A stretch of DNA of 64,000 bases. It comes from Azolla caroliniana. Lineage: Eukaryota; Plantae; Polypodiophyta. A program made the position numbers and the translations under genes. Location: positions 4,092,001-4,156,000 of the forward strand of contig JBHGNT010000004.1 in assembly GCA_043228905.1 (NCBI GenBank), read 5' to 3'. Of the stretch, positions 25,011-36,380 are shown piece by piece; the first letter of the stretch is position 1; each line of letters starts with the position of its first letter. The notes under the pieces were generated by a model. The model was not told the origin of the DNA. It ran no database searches and saw only the letters and a program-made list of their open reading frames with translations.

Positions 25011-27100
25011 TTATGGTCGCTTCTTTGGTTTGTTTTCACTAGCATTCACGCCGGTTTCAAGAAGTTGTAATTTCTCGAACAATCTTTTTTGTTCGGAAAC
25101 AAATCCGTCAAAAAATGATTGCTTAAATCCCTCTAATTTTTCGCGGATGATGAAATCGATAGCTTCTTCAAGATTTTGGGGTTTCTTTTTGCTTTCTTCA
25201 AGCCTCAATGCTTCTTCTACAGCCAATCTTTCCGCTTCAGCCTTTGCAGCAGCTTCTTGTTCTGCTTTTTCCTTGGCTTCTAATGCTTCTTTTATGGCCT
25301 AATCAGTTAAAAAAAGGAAGTAGATCTTTTATTTCCCTCATGCAACTCTTAGAAACCTCAAAAAGGCAATCATGTGTTTGCTGTATACGTTATTCTGTAT
25401 ATAGACATATACCTACACATATGACATTCACACACATGTATATGCCTATGCATGTGTACTTATAATATGAATATTTGCACTCTATAATTGTCACAATCAC
25501 ATCCTGATTTGCATAGCCTTATCTAACTATATGCCAGACTTGGAATACAACACCAAAGCATCAAAAACATACCAATTCTTGTGCTTCTACTTCTTCTTTA
25601 CTCAACGCCTCCGCCAAAGGAGGTACCAAGATGGTTTCAATGACCACTACATCCCTTCGATTTATGGTATAGCACTCCTTTGTAAAACAATATTTATACA
25701 AGTTATAATGCTGAAAAAAACTGCAAAAACACAATCATTGCTTAATATATTGTTCTCAACTAAATTATAATTTTAAATATAAACTTACTAGAGACTCGAT
25801 ACCCATATTATGGTATACTGTTAACAGCTTATATGAATGCCATTCTAGATGTTACAGGTTCATATATTTGGCCAATCCATATTATATCATCTTTACCGAT
25901 GTATGTAGAATTATGATTGATTTTGTTTTTTCTAGACCCCTTCATTCCACATGATTTTGGTTCTCGTCTCCTTAACCTAGCAAACTACAAGAGGATATAC
26001 TATGTTTTTTTAAACTTTGTAAGTTTTTGAAGTAATATGGATTGCATACGTGCTCACAAAGAAGTTGATAAGCTTTTGTATGTCAACAAAAGAGAAGATG
26101 AGCTTGGAATTTGTCTCAAGGAGATTGTCATTCCACAATAGAACTTTTGTTTTCAAGAACAATTTGCTCTCTTCAAAACATGCTCCATCTGAAAGAGATC
26201 CCAAATTTTCAATATTATTTAATACACAATTGCAAGCTTCTATCTGAAACGTGCAGACAATATGGAAGCTACACAAAAACAACATCAACGTTTTGATGTT
26301 CATTAATACATAATTGCCAAATTCCATTTGAAAGGAGTTGAGAATATAGAAGTTATGCAAAAATATGGTTTAATTTTCAAATTTTTATTAATTCATGCAT
26401 TATTTCAAGGTAGGTCACCTAGCATTGTACAAAGAAGATCTTTCCCAAGATTGAAAACTAGCAATGCTTGCTCTGCTTCCAGTTTTGTTTCTGAAACAAA
26501 CCTAGAGAATATCATTAGGTTAATCAATATTTCATTTGACGTGGTAATTTTTAAAATAGCTAATAAAGAATGTTCTATGTTGTGTGAAAATAACCTTAAG
26601 GGGTAACATTATTAGATCTGATTTTCGATTTCCCTGACTCACTCAAATTGAAATGTTGATATTACCAACAATGTTTTTTTATATCTATGTTGTCATCAAT
26701 ATTCTTACTAACTTGAACTAAAACCCAGCATATACATCAATGCAGATTTAGTGATACAAATATATTTTCTATGTTCACTACAAACATCGTATCTATATAG
26801 TTGTTTCAAATTATCAACACATGAGACACTACTGCTTAGTGAGTCATGGAATTTTTAGTAACTATGCCTCCTTTAGATAGAGATTACAGGGTTCATGGTT
26901 GGATGTTCAAAAAAAGCAAATGAGATTAGCAAAAATTCAACGTATAGGCTACTACAAACCTCCTCATGGTTTCAAAAACATGCAAATGCTTTGTGGCATT
27001 TACATATCACAATCTTGGTGGAAAACAAGCTTACCGGTATATGGAGATCTAGTCTTTCACTTAAATAAATCAACAATTATTCCTATGGAGATTCTCATTG
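25011..27100 (-). pseudogene. Decayed multi-exon gene of unknown family (possibly TE-borne)
   Basis: Three 3' exons have GT-AG borders (~25977-25788, ~25677-25573, 25298-25011) and give ...YHNMGIESL|ECYTINRRDVVVIETILVPPLAEALSKEEVEAQEL|AIKEALEAKEKAEQE...KPKKRP*. The first carries two TAA stops, and broken coding-like sequence continues upstream. Confidence 0.55.
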
Positions 27101-27236
27101 GTGTGTTTCACATTAGATTATCTTCAAATGAGAGATTGTTTTGTCATGTCGTATGTGGTATCGCGGAGAATCAGAACAACCTTACACTTATTATTATGAA
27201 CCTACTCACTCACCAAAGCATTTATAAAAATAATAT

Positions 27237-27570
27237 CTGCATCACTTTTACCCAGATTTTCTGGGCAAAGGTTTGGGAAAACTTTTGGTTGTTTGGACAG
27301 ATTCCAAATGGGCTATCAAGCAATGTTTATTTCCTCTGACAGCCTACTTGCATCACTTTTACCCAGATTTTCTGAGCAAATGTTTGAGAAAAACTTTTGG
27401 TTGTTTGGGCAGATTTCATACGGACTCTCAAGCAATGTTTATTTCCTCTGATAGCCTACCTGCATCACTTTTACCCTGACTTTCTGGGCAAAGGTTTGGG
27501 AAAAAAATTTGGTTGTTTGGACAGATTTTATATGGCCTATCAAGAAATGCTTATTTCCTCTGATAGACTA
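27237..27570. repeat. Tandem repeat, ~111-112 bp x3
   Basis: Units starting GCATCACTTTTACCC lie at ~27239, ~27350 and ~27462. Confidence 0.95.
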
Positions 27571-29760
27571 AATGTGGGCCACCCCATTTTCTAGTTCAGT
27601 GCAACCCCTAGTTTAAGTCCTAGTGCAAAATTAATGCATAGTTACACGTTTTCTTGTAATGAGAATGAAATAGACAGAAATGAAGCCTCAGCTTCCAAAC
27701 AAATACAGAAATGTGAAGCCAAAATAAACACACACACACACACACACACATATATAAACACATTTGTATATGGTTATCTGTATGTGCATGTGTATATGTA
27801 ATCGTATTTATGTTGCATATATAAATATTGTCAGGTAAATGAGATATTAGAATGGGATATTGTTATTCTTACTGATTGATGCCATGAAAGTAATCCACAA
27901 CAAAGGCATGCCGAGCTTTCGTTACATAATCCTTTAAATCTAGCACCTCACCCAAATACCTGCCATTAAAAGAACAACACTATGATAACAACAGATTTAG
28001 ATTAATAAACAGTATGATATGATCATATAATCTGCAAAAATTATTATGTTATAATAAGATAGGACGAATGTTACACTTACTTTAAGCAATCTAGAGGGTT
28101 ATCAACTAATCGTCGACATTCTTGAACATTCTCAAGATTAAAAGTTTTATCTCTGAAATTGAGATCATCACTATTTGCTACTGTGAGAGGAATGCCCTGT
28201 TCTGACACTATCTCCATCCCCAATTAATATAGAATGAGCTTTTTGACTTAGTACCACGAAAAAAATATGAATGTGGTGACGAGCTTTTCTCTGAAAACCT
28301 GAAATTTCATGTAAAATGTATAAGGGCATCACGTTATACTTGAATTTTATGCTATATACAAATATATTATTCTGTTTTAGGTTACACAGCAAAAGACTAT
28401 ATCTTAGGTCACATAAAGATATTTTCCCGTATGGGAAAAAACATATTACACTATTTGGCACTAGGTTAACACAGAAGAGTTACTCTGTGTGTATGATAGG
28501 TTAGGCTGCATAAACGGACATAATAGTTTGAGACGACGGCGACATAAATGGTCTATGTCTCTGTGGCAATCGCGATGAAGCATTAACCGTTTTGCAGAGT
28601 TTACCATGATTTTAAAACGCGCACAGTTTAGCATAAACTCTGAAAATGCCCCTTCAGAAGAAAAGACAAAATTTGCATATTTTTATTCATTTGTAGAGAG
28701 CAAATTACTTATTAAATAATTATTAGCTGTCTGTTAAGCACTTGAGCATTTTTAATGTTAAAAATTCTTGAAAATCTCAAAAATTTCAGCCATCCATCAG
28801 GCCATGGCCAAAAACTTATCAACTAACTTCAGATGATTAGTTGCTAAATTAAAATAATCAAACCATAATTTATCCTATCACTTCGAAAAAAATCAAAATT
28901 CAGAGTTTTGCTTTTCAATTATTTGCCCCACTCAAGTTTTGGAACTTCCAGGTAAAAACATCTGCATGATGCACAATTTACTGTAACCTAATATGCTTTA
29001 ATGATATTTTGCTATTTATCTCATTATTTTAGCTAATAATCCCATTGATTTTTTACAAAGATATGTTCAGAATTACCGTGATAATCATGTTGATAAATCA
29101 TGCTCATTTTTGGCGATTACTACATATTGGGTTCACATTTGATCTTGTTTATGAACAATTAATCCAAATCATTAGCATGCCATCAAATGTTATCCTTCTA
29201 GTTATTGTGATAGCTAAGGTCATTGTACATAGTTGTAAATGTGACAAAAACATGGTATGCACATTTCATGTGAGTAAACCAGGTACTCAATAACAATCTT
29301 CTGATCAATCATGACAGTCAACACATCTTGGGCATTTTTATAGAGATTTTTGTGGTGATACATAGGTATCTTTTCGTTTCAATGCTTGATCTACGGAATT
29401 TCAGTAAGTACACTCCATTATACATTTGCATTTTCCCTCTATCAGCTTAGCTCATTTAACCCAAGGCTCAAATTTTGCAAATTTACATCCATACTTTTTA
29501 CATGTAATAATGCAAACATCAAATTAATCAGCCTCTTATCCATGGATATTGAGCATAATTGATATATACAGACTTAACAGCCTTATCCTGCATGTCATCT
29601 TTTGAGAACATACAGAGTGAGGACATACATCTTGGAAGTGTAGTATTCGCAAATCCTCTTAAAGCTCATAATCATATGAGCTTCCATTTTTATGTCATAC
29701 CCAAGGGCATGCATCCATGAGGTGATTATATTCATTGCATTTTAATGCGAAGTGATGGCT

Positions 29761-32700
29761 TCAAAGTTCATTTTCCACTCCCACAAGCTCACCATCTTCC
29801 ATAACAGCAGCAGCGTAAATATTACTCATGCAAACATATGCTCCAGTATTATCCTCATCCAAACCTATTATACGTTCAAATACCAATTTTCCAAGCATTA
29901 AATTTCCCCATTTTTGACATGCACCTAATAATGCAGTCCACATTGGAAGACATTCTAGAGTAGCTATCTCTCTAATCAAAGTTATTGCCTTGTCGAATTG
30001 TGCTGCACGACTAAAAAGATCAACCATACAAGTATAGTGCTCTAAAGTTGGCACAATGCCGAAGTATGTTCTCATTGTCTGAAAGTACATTTGACCCTTA
30101 TCAAGCAAGCCTGAATGACTACAAGTCGTGAGCACAATAGTGAAAGTAACCATATCCGGCTTTATACCTTCTCCTATCATTTTATCAAACAACACCACCA
30201 CAACCCTGTCCTTTCCAAGCTGCGCATATCCTGATATAAGTGCATTCCAAGAAACGACATCTTGAACTGGAAGATCATCAAATACCTCCTGCGCTTTTGC
30301 CGGCACACCACATTTCGCATACATATCCACTATTGCATTTCCCATCAAAATATCATTCCTCAAGGTTACATCTTTGGAAACCTTCATATGTATATCTATG
30401 CCCTTGTCAATTGATCCCATGCTACTACAAGCTTTCAAGATGCAGAGGAATGTGATAAGATTCGGAGAGAATTCACATTGCATCTGTTCAAAATACTTGA
30501 GTGCTTCCTCGTAGTGTCCATGTTGTATAAATCCTGAGAGTAACGCATTCCAAGTGATTACACTTTTCATTTGGAGCTGCCGAAATATTTCTTGAGCTCT
30601 AATAAGATCACCATGTTTAGCATACATATCAACCAACGAAGTGCCAACCAAAATATTCTTTTCGAGCAAACCTGTTTTTATGACCTTGTGATAAATTGCT
30701 TCCCCCTTGTCAAAGTCTCTTATGCTGCCGCATGCTTTCAAAACACAGACAAAAGTGAATTCATTTGGTGAGACACTATTTTGCTCCATCAATCTAAAGC
30801 AAGCAAGGGCCTCATGATCATGCCCATATTGAACATATCCTGCAATTAGTGCAGTCCAAGTTACTACATCTCTGACAGGAAGCTGTTCAAATAATTCCTT
30901 TGCTTCTCCAAGTGCACCACACTTGGCATACATATCTATCAATTGATTTCCAACTAACATATTTCTTTCAAGGGATTCATTTCCTACAATCTCAGCATGT
31001 ATGCGTTTACCGCTGCTAATTGCTCCTATACTTCCACAAGCTCTCAAACAACAAACAAAAGTCTCTATGTTTGGAGACATACTCTGATTTTGCATCCTAT
31101 CAAAACAATCCCATGCTTTCCCACCATGCCCATGTTGCACATATCCTACAATTAATGAATTCCAGGTGACTATATTCAACATTTGAAGCTGGTTAAAAAC
31201 TTCACGTGCATTTGTAAGTGCACCACATTTAGAATACATATCCATCAATGCAGTACCCACCAAAACATTTCTTTCCAACCAATCTTCATTCATAATTTTG
31301 GCGTGTATTTCTTTCCCTTTTTTATCTGCTCCTATACTGCCACATGCTTTCAAAATGCACACACTAGTGATTTCATCAGGAGAGAGACCCTCCCGTTGCA
31401 TGCATTCATAAAAATTCAGAGCTTCCTCACCATGCTCATGTTGAGCATATCCAGAGATTAGTGCATTCCAAGAGACTGCATCATGGATTGGAATCTCATC
31501 AAATAGTTCTCGGGCTCTAGTAAGTATGCCACACTTTGCATACATATCTACTAGTGCATTGCAAATCGACATATTTTTCTGTAGGAAACCTTCCCGAAGG
31601 ACCTTATCATGTATTTCGACACCCTTATCAGCTGCTTCGATAGCACTACAAGCTTTCAAAAGCCCAACATATGTGACCACATTTGGGTGAACACCCTCAC
31701 ATTGCATTTGTTCAAAACAATTCAATGCTTGATCACCAGTTCCATGGTCAGCATATCCTGTGACTAGGGCATTCCAAGCTATTAGATCCCGAACTAGAAG
31801 CTGATCAAACATATATTGCGCTTCCACAAGGCTACCACATTTGGCATACATATCCACTGATGCAGTTCCAAGTACCATATCTTTCCCAAGTAGACCACGC
31901 TTGATAAGCTGAGCATGGATTTCTTTTCCCTCATCGATAACTCCCCTACTACCACATCCTTTCAAAGTGGACAGATATGTGACTGTATCAGCCATGAACC
32001 CCTCGCGTTGCATCTGTTCAAAACAGTATAGGACTTTTTCCGCATGCCCATGTTGGGCATATCCAGCAATCAGAGTATTCCAAGAAACCACATCCCAAAC
32101 CGGAAGTTTATCAAATACTTCTTGTGCTTTTTCAAGTACTCCACATTTGGCATACATATCAACCAATGCATTCCCAACTGAAGTACTTTTTTCCAGCAAA
32201 CCTTCTTTAATAACCTGAGCATGTATTACTGCACCCTCTTCAACAGCTCTTCTCATTCCACAAGCTTTCAAACTGCAAACAAAGGTGATTGCATCCGGAG
32301 TGAAACCCTCTCTTTGCATCTGTCCAAAACATTTAAGCGCTTCCTCACCACGTCCATGTTGAACATACCCGGTCATAAGTGATGTCCAAGATGCCACATT
32401 ACGATCTCGAAGTTGATTAAATACTTCACATGCTTTTTGTAGTTCGCCACATTTAGCATACATATCTGCCAATGCAGTGCCCACCATGATATTCTTTTCG
32501 ATGAACCCTTGTATACCAATCTGAACATGAATGTTTATCCCCTTATTTATTGCTCTGGTTCTGCCACAAACTTTCAAGATGCAAAGAAAAGTGACTGGAT
32601 CTGGAGCAAAGCCCTCCTGTTGTATCTGTTCGAAACACTTCATTGCTTCCTGACCACGCCCATATTCTACATATCCTGAAATCAATGCATTCCAAGACAC

Positions 32701-33141
32701 TATATCTCTCACCTGAAGTTGTCCAAAAAGTTCATTTGCTTTCCAGAGTGCACCACATTTGGCATACAGACTAACTAAGATACTGCCCACATAAGCATCT
32801 TGTTCAAAGAGACCCCTTTTCACAATATCAAGATGTATCCCATTACCTTTCTCCAAATTCTTTTGCTTGGCATAAACCTTTAGCGAGGCCACAAGAGCAT
32901 CACCGTCTTGAAATTGTGGGTAGATCCTATTGGCAACAACCAAGTTCTCCTCCTCTTCTTGTAGTTGTACTATGTTATGCATTCTTTTGGGTTTCTTCAT
33001 CACCTTTAAATTCCCGTACAATGCATTAAGATCACAGGTGAGTCTTGGATCTCCAATCATCAACCGAAGAGAGATTACAGTCTCCGCTTCTCCACATGGT
33101 TGTGCAATGTAATACATTCTTTTGGGAATTCTCAACATCAT
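29761..33141 (-). CDS. PLS-class pentatricopeptide repeat protein with E domain and no DYW (probable organellar RNA-editing specificity factor)
   Basis: Intronless ORF, open to 33288 with the first in-frame ATG at 33141. It has nine P motifs of the DVVSWNALISGY type alternating with L and S motifs, then TCSHSGL...HYTCMVDLFSRA...WTALLGAC...YVCMSNIYAA and a stop. The start codon is uncertain. Confidence 0.93.
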   Translation of the reverse strand: MMLRIPKRMYYIAQPCGEAETVISLRLMIGDPRLTCDLNALYGNLKVMKKPKRMHNIVQLQEEEENLVVANRIYPQFQDGDALVASLKVYAKQKNLEKGNGIHLDIVKRGLFEQDAYVGSILVSLYAKCGALWKANELFGQLQVRDIVSWNALISGYVEYGRGQEAMKCFEQIQQEGFAPDPVTFLCILKVCGRTRAINKGINIHVQIGIQGFIEKNIMVGTALADMYAKCGELQKACEVFNQLRDRNVASWTSLMTGYVQHGRGEEALKCFGQMQREGFTPDAITFVCSLKACGMRRAVEEGAVIHAQVIKEGLLEKSTSVGNALVDMYAKCGVLEKAQEVFDKLPVWDVVSWNTLIAGYAQHGHAEKVLYCFEQMQREGFMADTVTYLSTLKGCGSRGVIDEGKEIHAQLIKRGLLGKDMVLGTASVDMYAKCGSLVEAQYMFDQLLVRDLIAWNALVTGYADHGTGDQALNCFEQMQCEGVHPNVVTYVGLLKACSAIEAADKGVEIHDKVLREGFLQKNMSICNALVDMYAKCGILTRARELFDEIPIHDAVSWNALISGYAQHEHGEEALNFYECMQREGLSPDEITSVCILKACGSIGADKKGKEIHAKIMNEDWLERNVLVGTALMDMYSKCGALTNAREVFNQLQMLNIVTWNSLIVGYVQHGHGGKAWDCFDRMQNQSMSPNIETFVCCLRACGSIGAISSGKRIHAEIVGNESLERNMLVGNQLIDMYAKCGALGEAKELFEQLPVRDVVTWTALIAGYVQYGHDHEALACFRLMEQNSVSPNEFTFVCVLKACGSIRDFDKGEAIYHKVIKTGLLEKNILVGTSLVDMYAKHGDLIRAQEIFRQLQMKSVITWNALLSGFIQHGHYEEALKYFEQMQCEFSPNLITFLCILKACSSMGSIDKGIDIHMKVSKDVTLRNDILMGNAIVDMYAKCGVPAKAQEVFDDLPVQDVVSWNALISGYAQLGKDRVVVVLFDKMIGEGIKPDMVTFTIVLTTCSHSGLLDKGQMYFQTMRTYFGIVPTLEHYTCMVDLFSRAAQFDKAITLIREIATLECLPMWTALLGACQKWGNLMLGKLVFERIIGLDEDNTGAYVCMSNIYAAAVMEDGELVGVENEL

Positions 33142-33415
33142 TAGATTCACATGATATGCATCAAGGTCACAAGTGGATGCACATCTCTTCTGATGTGATG
33201 CATCAAGCCAAGAGTCACCACTGTCACCTCTTCTCCTTCTGGTTGTGCTATTTGAAGCATTCTTTGGGATTTTCTCACCATTTTTCAACCCCCATTTAGT
33301 GCATCGAGTTCACAGGCGAATGCCGAATCCCTTGCTGCTATGATATGTGATCCATTATTTTGGCCTTTCTCATTTTCTTTGCATCCCCGTACAAAGCATT
33401 GAGGTCACAAGAGGA
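33000..33415 (-). repeat. Four degenerate ~95-143 bp repeat units at the 5' end of the PPR gene
   Basis: Units translate as SCDLNALYGDAKKMRKAKIM, ACELDALNGG*KMVRKSQRM, TCDLDAYHVNLMMLRIPKRM and TCDLNALYGNLKVMKKPKRM. Confidence 0.8.
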
Positions 33416-34710
33416 TACCTTGTCATCAACAACAACCCAAGCAAAACCATTGCTTGAGACTTTGGGAAGAACACTAAAAGTTTCACATAGTCTTATCATT
33501 GTGCTGGACAGCATACATATGCTGTTAAACCTTATAGATTTCATTGCTTAGATAAAATAGAATGTTCTTATGAATTTGGCGATTACTTATGGCTTTCAAG
33601 TATATGTGATCATGCATTTCGAGATTACTTATAGCCTCAAGTTTCACCCATTGTCAAAATCATAGCTAATTAGTTATAATCCTCATATTTAGCCAAAAAT
33701 CAGTGAGCTTTCACAGAACAAATTCACATTCATCATTAAAGGTTGTCAACTCAATAGAGCGACCATGTCAACGGTGACAATATCATTATCCTGGAAACCA
33801 TCCTTTGAAGGTGGACTTGTAATGACTTCGCAAACCCTGACCTGAGCCTTAAATCTAAAACCTCTTCTGTAGAAAGGTGTGCTTGTATTGATCTAGAAAC
33901 TGTAAACTCTACACCTTAAATCTAAAACCCAAAAGCCTAAACCAGAAATATCGATAAACTCACCTCACATTGTGAGGTTAAAGACAAAGTGGGGGATGGA
34001 ACCTACACTCAGTTGCAAATTGCAATGGGCTTAGATTACACCACCATGCTTCTTAGAGTACAGGAATCAATCATTCATCATTGACCTTAAGAAGAAGAGG
34101 GAGCTCTATTTTCATTATTCTCGGAGATGCCCTCGATGAAAGTTCCCGAAGAAAAAGCGTGAGAGCGAGGGATGAATGGGGCGGGCGGGTCTTGTTGCTT
34201 GCAAATGAAATGGATCACATGTTCCGGAGGAATGGGAGGAATTGTCCGCGAAATCGGTCCGAAAGAACTCGTATGTCCGCTTGCTCATTGGGGTTTGGCC
34301 AAACGCATCTCGTGAAAACTTGGGGCCATTTTGGGGATTTCGTGAAAACCTTGGGCTAATTTGGGTTAATAATATAGTGAAACCCCCCCCATAGGTGTTT
34401 CAACTTTTGAGGTTTCTCCCTAGCATTAGTTATGCGGCCTCATCGAGAGTTTATAAATAGTTCATAATAGTAAAAGCACATTGCACAATGTGTATGCGAT
34501 CCGCATATGTTTTTATAGTGGCATGATCTCTTTTACTCAATCAATTTTATTAATATATTATGATCACAATGTCAACCACTCGTTTCATTCACTGTCATGG
34601 GTAGCCATTTGGTTCGCCACCCACTTAATTGTACATTGATGGCATGGCATGTCTTTAAGAAATAGTTCAACTCCATCAAGCTACAGTTATGATAAGCAAA
34701 TGACTTATCG

Positions 34711-34941
34711 TATATTAAAGGAATTGCTTATGTTGGAGATAGGCTATTAGGCCATGAACAAACATTTAATTTGTTGTGGTCTTATATTAAAGGAATCACT
34801 TACGTTAGAGATAGGGTATTAGGTCATGGACACACATTTGATTTGTTGTGGTCTAGATGGTTATGGCCTTATATTAAAGGAATCACTTACATTAGAGATA
34901 AGCTATTATGCCATGGACAAACATTTGATTTGTTGTGGTCT
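34711..34941. repeat. Tandem repeat, ~72-bp core x3
   Basis: TATATTAAAGGAAT...TTTGTTGTGGTCT at ~34711, ~34783 and ~34870. Confidence 0.9.
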
Positions 34942-36054
34942 ACGTATGGTTCATACTATGGTTCAATATATTGTTGCAATATGTATATTGATTGAAAGCT
35001 TATCCATATGCTTGTAGGTTCTATGTCCATATGCATATAATTGGCCTCTTGACCTCACAAATACCCTAGTGTCTCATCCATTCATGCTTGATATTAAACG
35101 AGTGGACAATTTGTAAGATATCAACCTCATCGCATCACTACATTATCCCAACATTGCTCCCTTCCTAAGAACTTTCATATTGAAAATGAACACAGGAACT
35201 TCCATGAAGTTTACTTTCTCCCACAAATAGATTGTATCACTCACGTATACTAAACTTGATTAGAATTAGAGTGTCAAGATGATCATTTCCTCTTTTATGA
35301 TGTTGCTTGGTCATATCAATTTCATCTATTTGGTGGCTCTCACTGACTCCTACAATTACAATAACACAAATTGATATTGAAAGTGGTTCAATTTCATGTC
35401 ATATAGTGAATCTCCTAGTTGATTTGATGTAGGTGAGTAGATTTCACCATCACATCAATTTCTACCTCGATCATTTAAAATATCAAGCAACTCATGGACT
35501 TGTTAATCAACTTCGACTCTTTAAAGTGATCCACTTTGTCATACAACGTGAGGATATGTGTCATCGCATACATGTCGAGGTAAACTTGCCTTTGAAAATG
35601 CACAGATTGTTTGTTAACGCGAGAGGACTACCCAATCATCACATTCTTCAAGTTCTTAGCTAGGCATTTTGTAGTGTTTTCCTTGATGTGATGACGTCAA
35701 GGTAAGATCTTAGACTAATCATATTTCGTGTGCGCTTTATGTAGCTCTTTCTTCTCGATAGGATGACTTAATTCACATGAGTGAGTTGACAAATAATCAC
35801 AACATGATCAAAACTAGCGAGCTTTGTGCTCCTATAGGTTATACAAATAAGAAACCTATTTTCTACACATAATAAGCACTTAAAGGCGTAGACAATATCC
35901 GAACATACAAAAGCTACCTCCATATGACAAACAACCAATTAATGGTGGCAACCAAACCGCAGGGGGAAGCTAAGATGTCTATGAGCAATTTCTTTCTTGG
36001 GCATCCCTCTCCTTGTGGTTGAGCATGGATCCGCCTGATCTCCGTGCGACACCG

Positions 36055-36105
36055 GAATCTAAATATATTGTTGAGCAAGTAGGCGTAACTGTAGAATTTA
36101 TTGGC
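36055..36105 (+). pseudogene. psbB: NUPT fragment of plastid psbB (CP47)
   Basis: [17 protein letters not shown] versus the conserved CP47 sequence [17 protein letters not shown]. Confidence 0.7.
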
Positions 36106-36140
36106 GCAAGAATGGAGCCATAAACCACTTGGCCATCTCT

Positions 36141-36380
36141 CTAGGAGGGTTTCACCCACAAACCCAAAGTTTGTGGTTGATTGACATGGCTCATCACCAT
36201 CTGGCAATCGTAGTTATCTTTATCATTGTTGGTCACATGTACAGAACTAATTTTGGTATTGGACATAGCATGAAAGAGATTTTGGAAGCCCATACTCCTC
36301 TAGGAGGCAGGTTGGGTCGTGGGCATAAGGGACTTTATGATACAGTCAATAATTCTCTTCATTTCCAATTAGGATTAGCC
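36141..36380 (+). pseudogene. psaB: NUPT fragment of plastid psaB (80 codons)
   Basis: [23 protein letters not shown]...[21 protein letters not shown]...[24 protein letters not shown] is an internal segment of PsaB. Confidence 0.95.

Noticed and set aside
27237-27570. Regular repeats here and at 34711-34941 as CRISPR-like arrays
   Set aside because: Whole units are repeated with no unique spacers, the context is eukaryotic and no cas genes are present.
30240-32218. Plus-strand ORFs inside the PPR gene (and minus-strand ORFs inside RRP1)
   Set aside because: These are antisense shadows of long coding sequences.
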